A stretch of DNA of 64,000 nt from assembly GCA_002269645.1 (NCBI GenBank), contig NIVC01000052.1, positions 819,258 through 883,257 of the forward strand, given 5' to 3'. Shown piece after piece: positions 62,476 through 64,000 of this stretch. Both the position numbers and the translations under genes were made by a program. Positions within the stretch are counted from its first letter, which is position 1, and each line of letters opens with the position of its first letter. The notes under the pieces were generated by a model, which made no database searches, had not been told where the DNA came from, and was given only the letters and a program-made list of their open reading frames with translations. The stretch is from Macrostomum lignano (taxonomy: Eukaryota).

Positions 62476-62904
62476 ACACGCACGCAGACTTCTGCAAATC
62501 TGCTTCAAGCATTGCCGGCTAGTGTTCCCATATGCCCGACCCTTTTCTTCTGTACTACTGGTAGTTATATAAATTAACTGCTAGATTAGTCTTAGAGACA
62601 GAAGACCCAATGCAGCAGGACCAACAGGTGTTTCTGATTTCTGCCCAAAAGCAGATAGGAAAAGAATTTTTGGCCTGTCCGACCATCCGTCACGAATCCA
62701 CTCCGATCCGCCACGATGCGCAATCGGCCTCTGCCCCAGATTCCTCCAAAGATATAAAATATGTTCCGATTTGCGTGCAGCAAGCATTGCAGCCTCCATC
62801 CGCAGAGTTGCGGCTCCGGGTCTGGCGGCACCTCGTGACAATCAGCTGATTTTGAGTCTGGCGCAACTGCTGCGTGTCAATTACAGCCTGTCTGAGTGCA
62901 CCCC

Positions 62905-64000
<1,096 letters not shown>

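Overview
Eukaryotic (metazoan) genomic DNA, inferred to be a macrostomid flatworm such as Macrostomum lignano. The inference rests on a spliced-leader-like sequence, a Mag-type LTR retrotransposon, GC-rich exons and minisatellite-filled introns. Five protein-coding genes can be reconstructed by hand: the 3' part of a histamine H1-like aminergic GPCR (+), an intronless CD36/SR-B scavenger receptor (-), a divergent 4-exon TRPA/TRPV-like channel (+), a FAXC/metaxin-like GST gene with one frameshift (+), and a 5-exon Shaw/Kv3-like K+ channel with degenerate gating motifs (-). Also present are an intact 4,325-bp Ty3/gypsy (Mag) element with identical 213-bp LTRs and a CTATA TSD, a tRNA-Ile with the eukaryote-rare GAT anticodon, a decayed Tc1/IS630-like element, and about 35 unrelated tandem arrays covering roughly a third of the window. 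Most long ORFs in the supplied track are artefacts of these arrays or antisense shadows of real genes. The best leads are a divergent SL-like sequence next to a CCAAT cluster (4966-5012, minus), the tRNA-Ile(GAT), the probable modulatory Kv subunit, and the short-ankyrin TRP channel whose inferred intron 1 is almost pure (GACA)n. All exon boundaries are manual predictions and no database searches were run.
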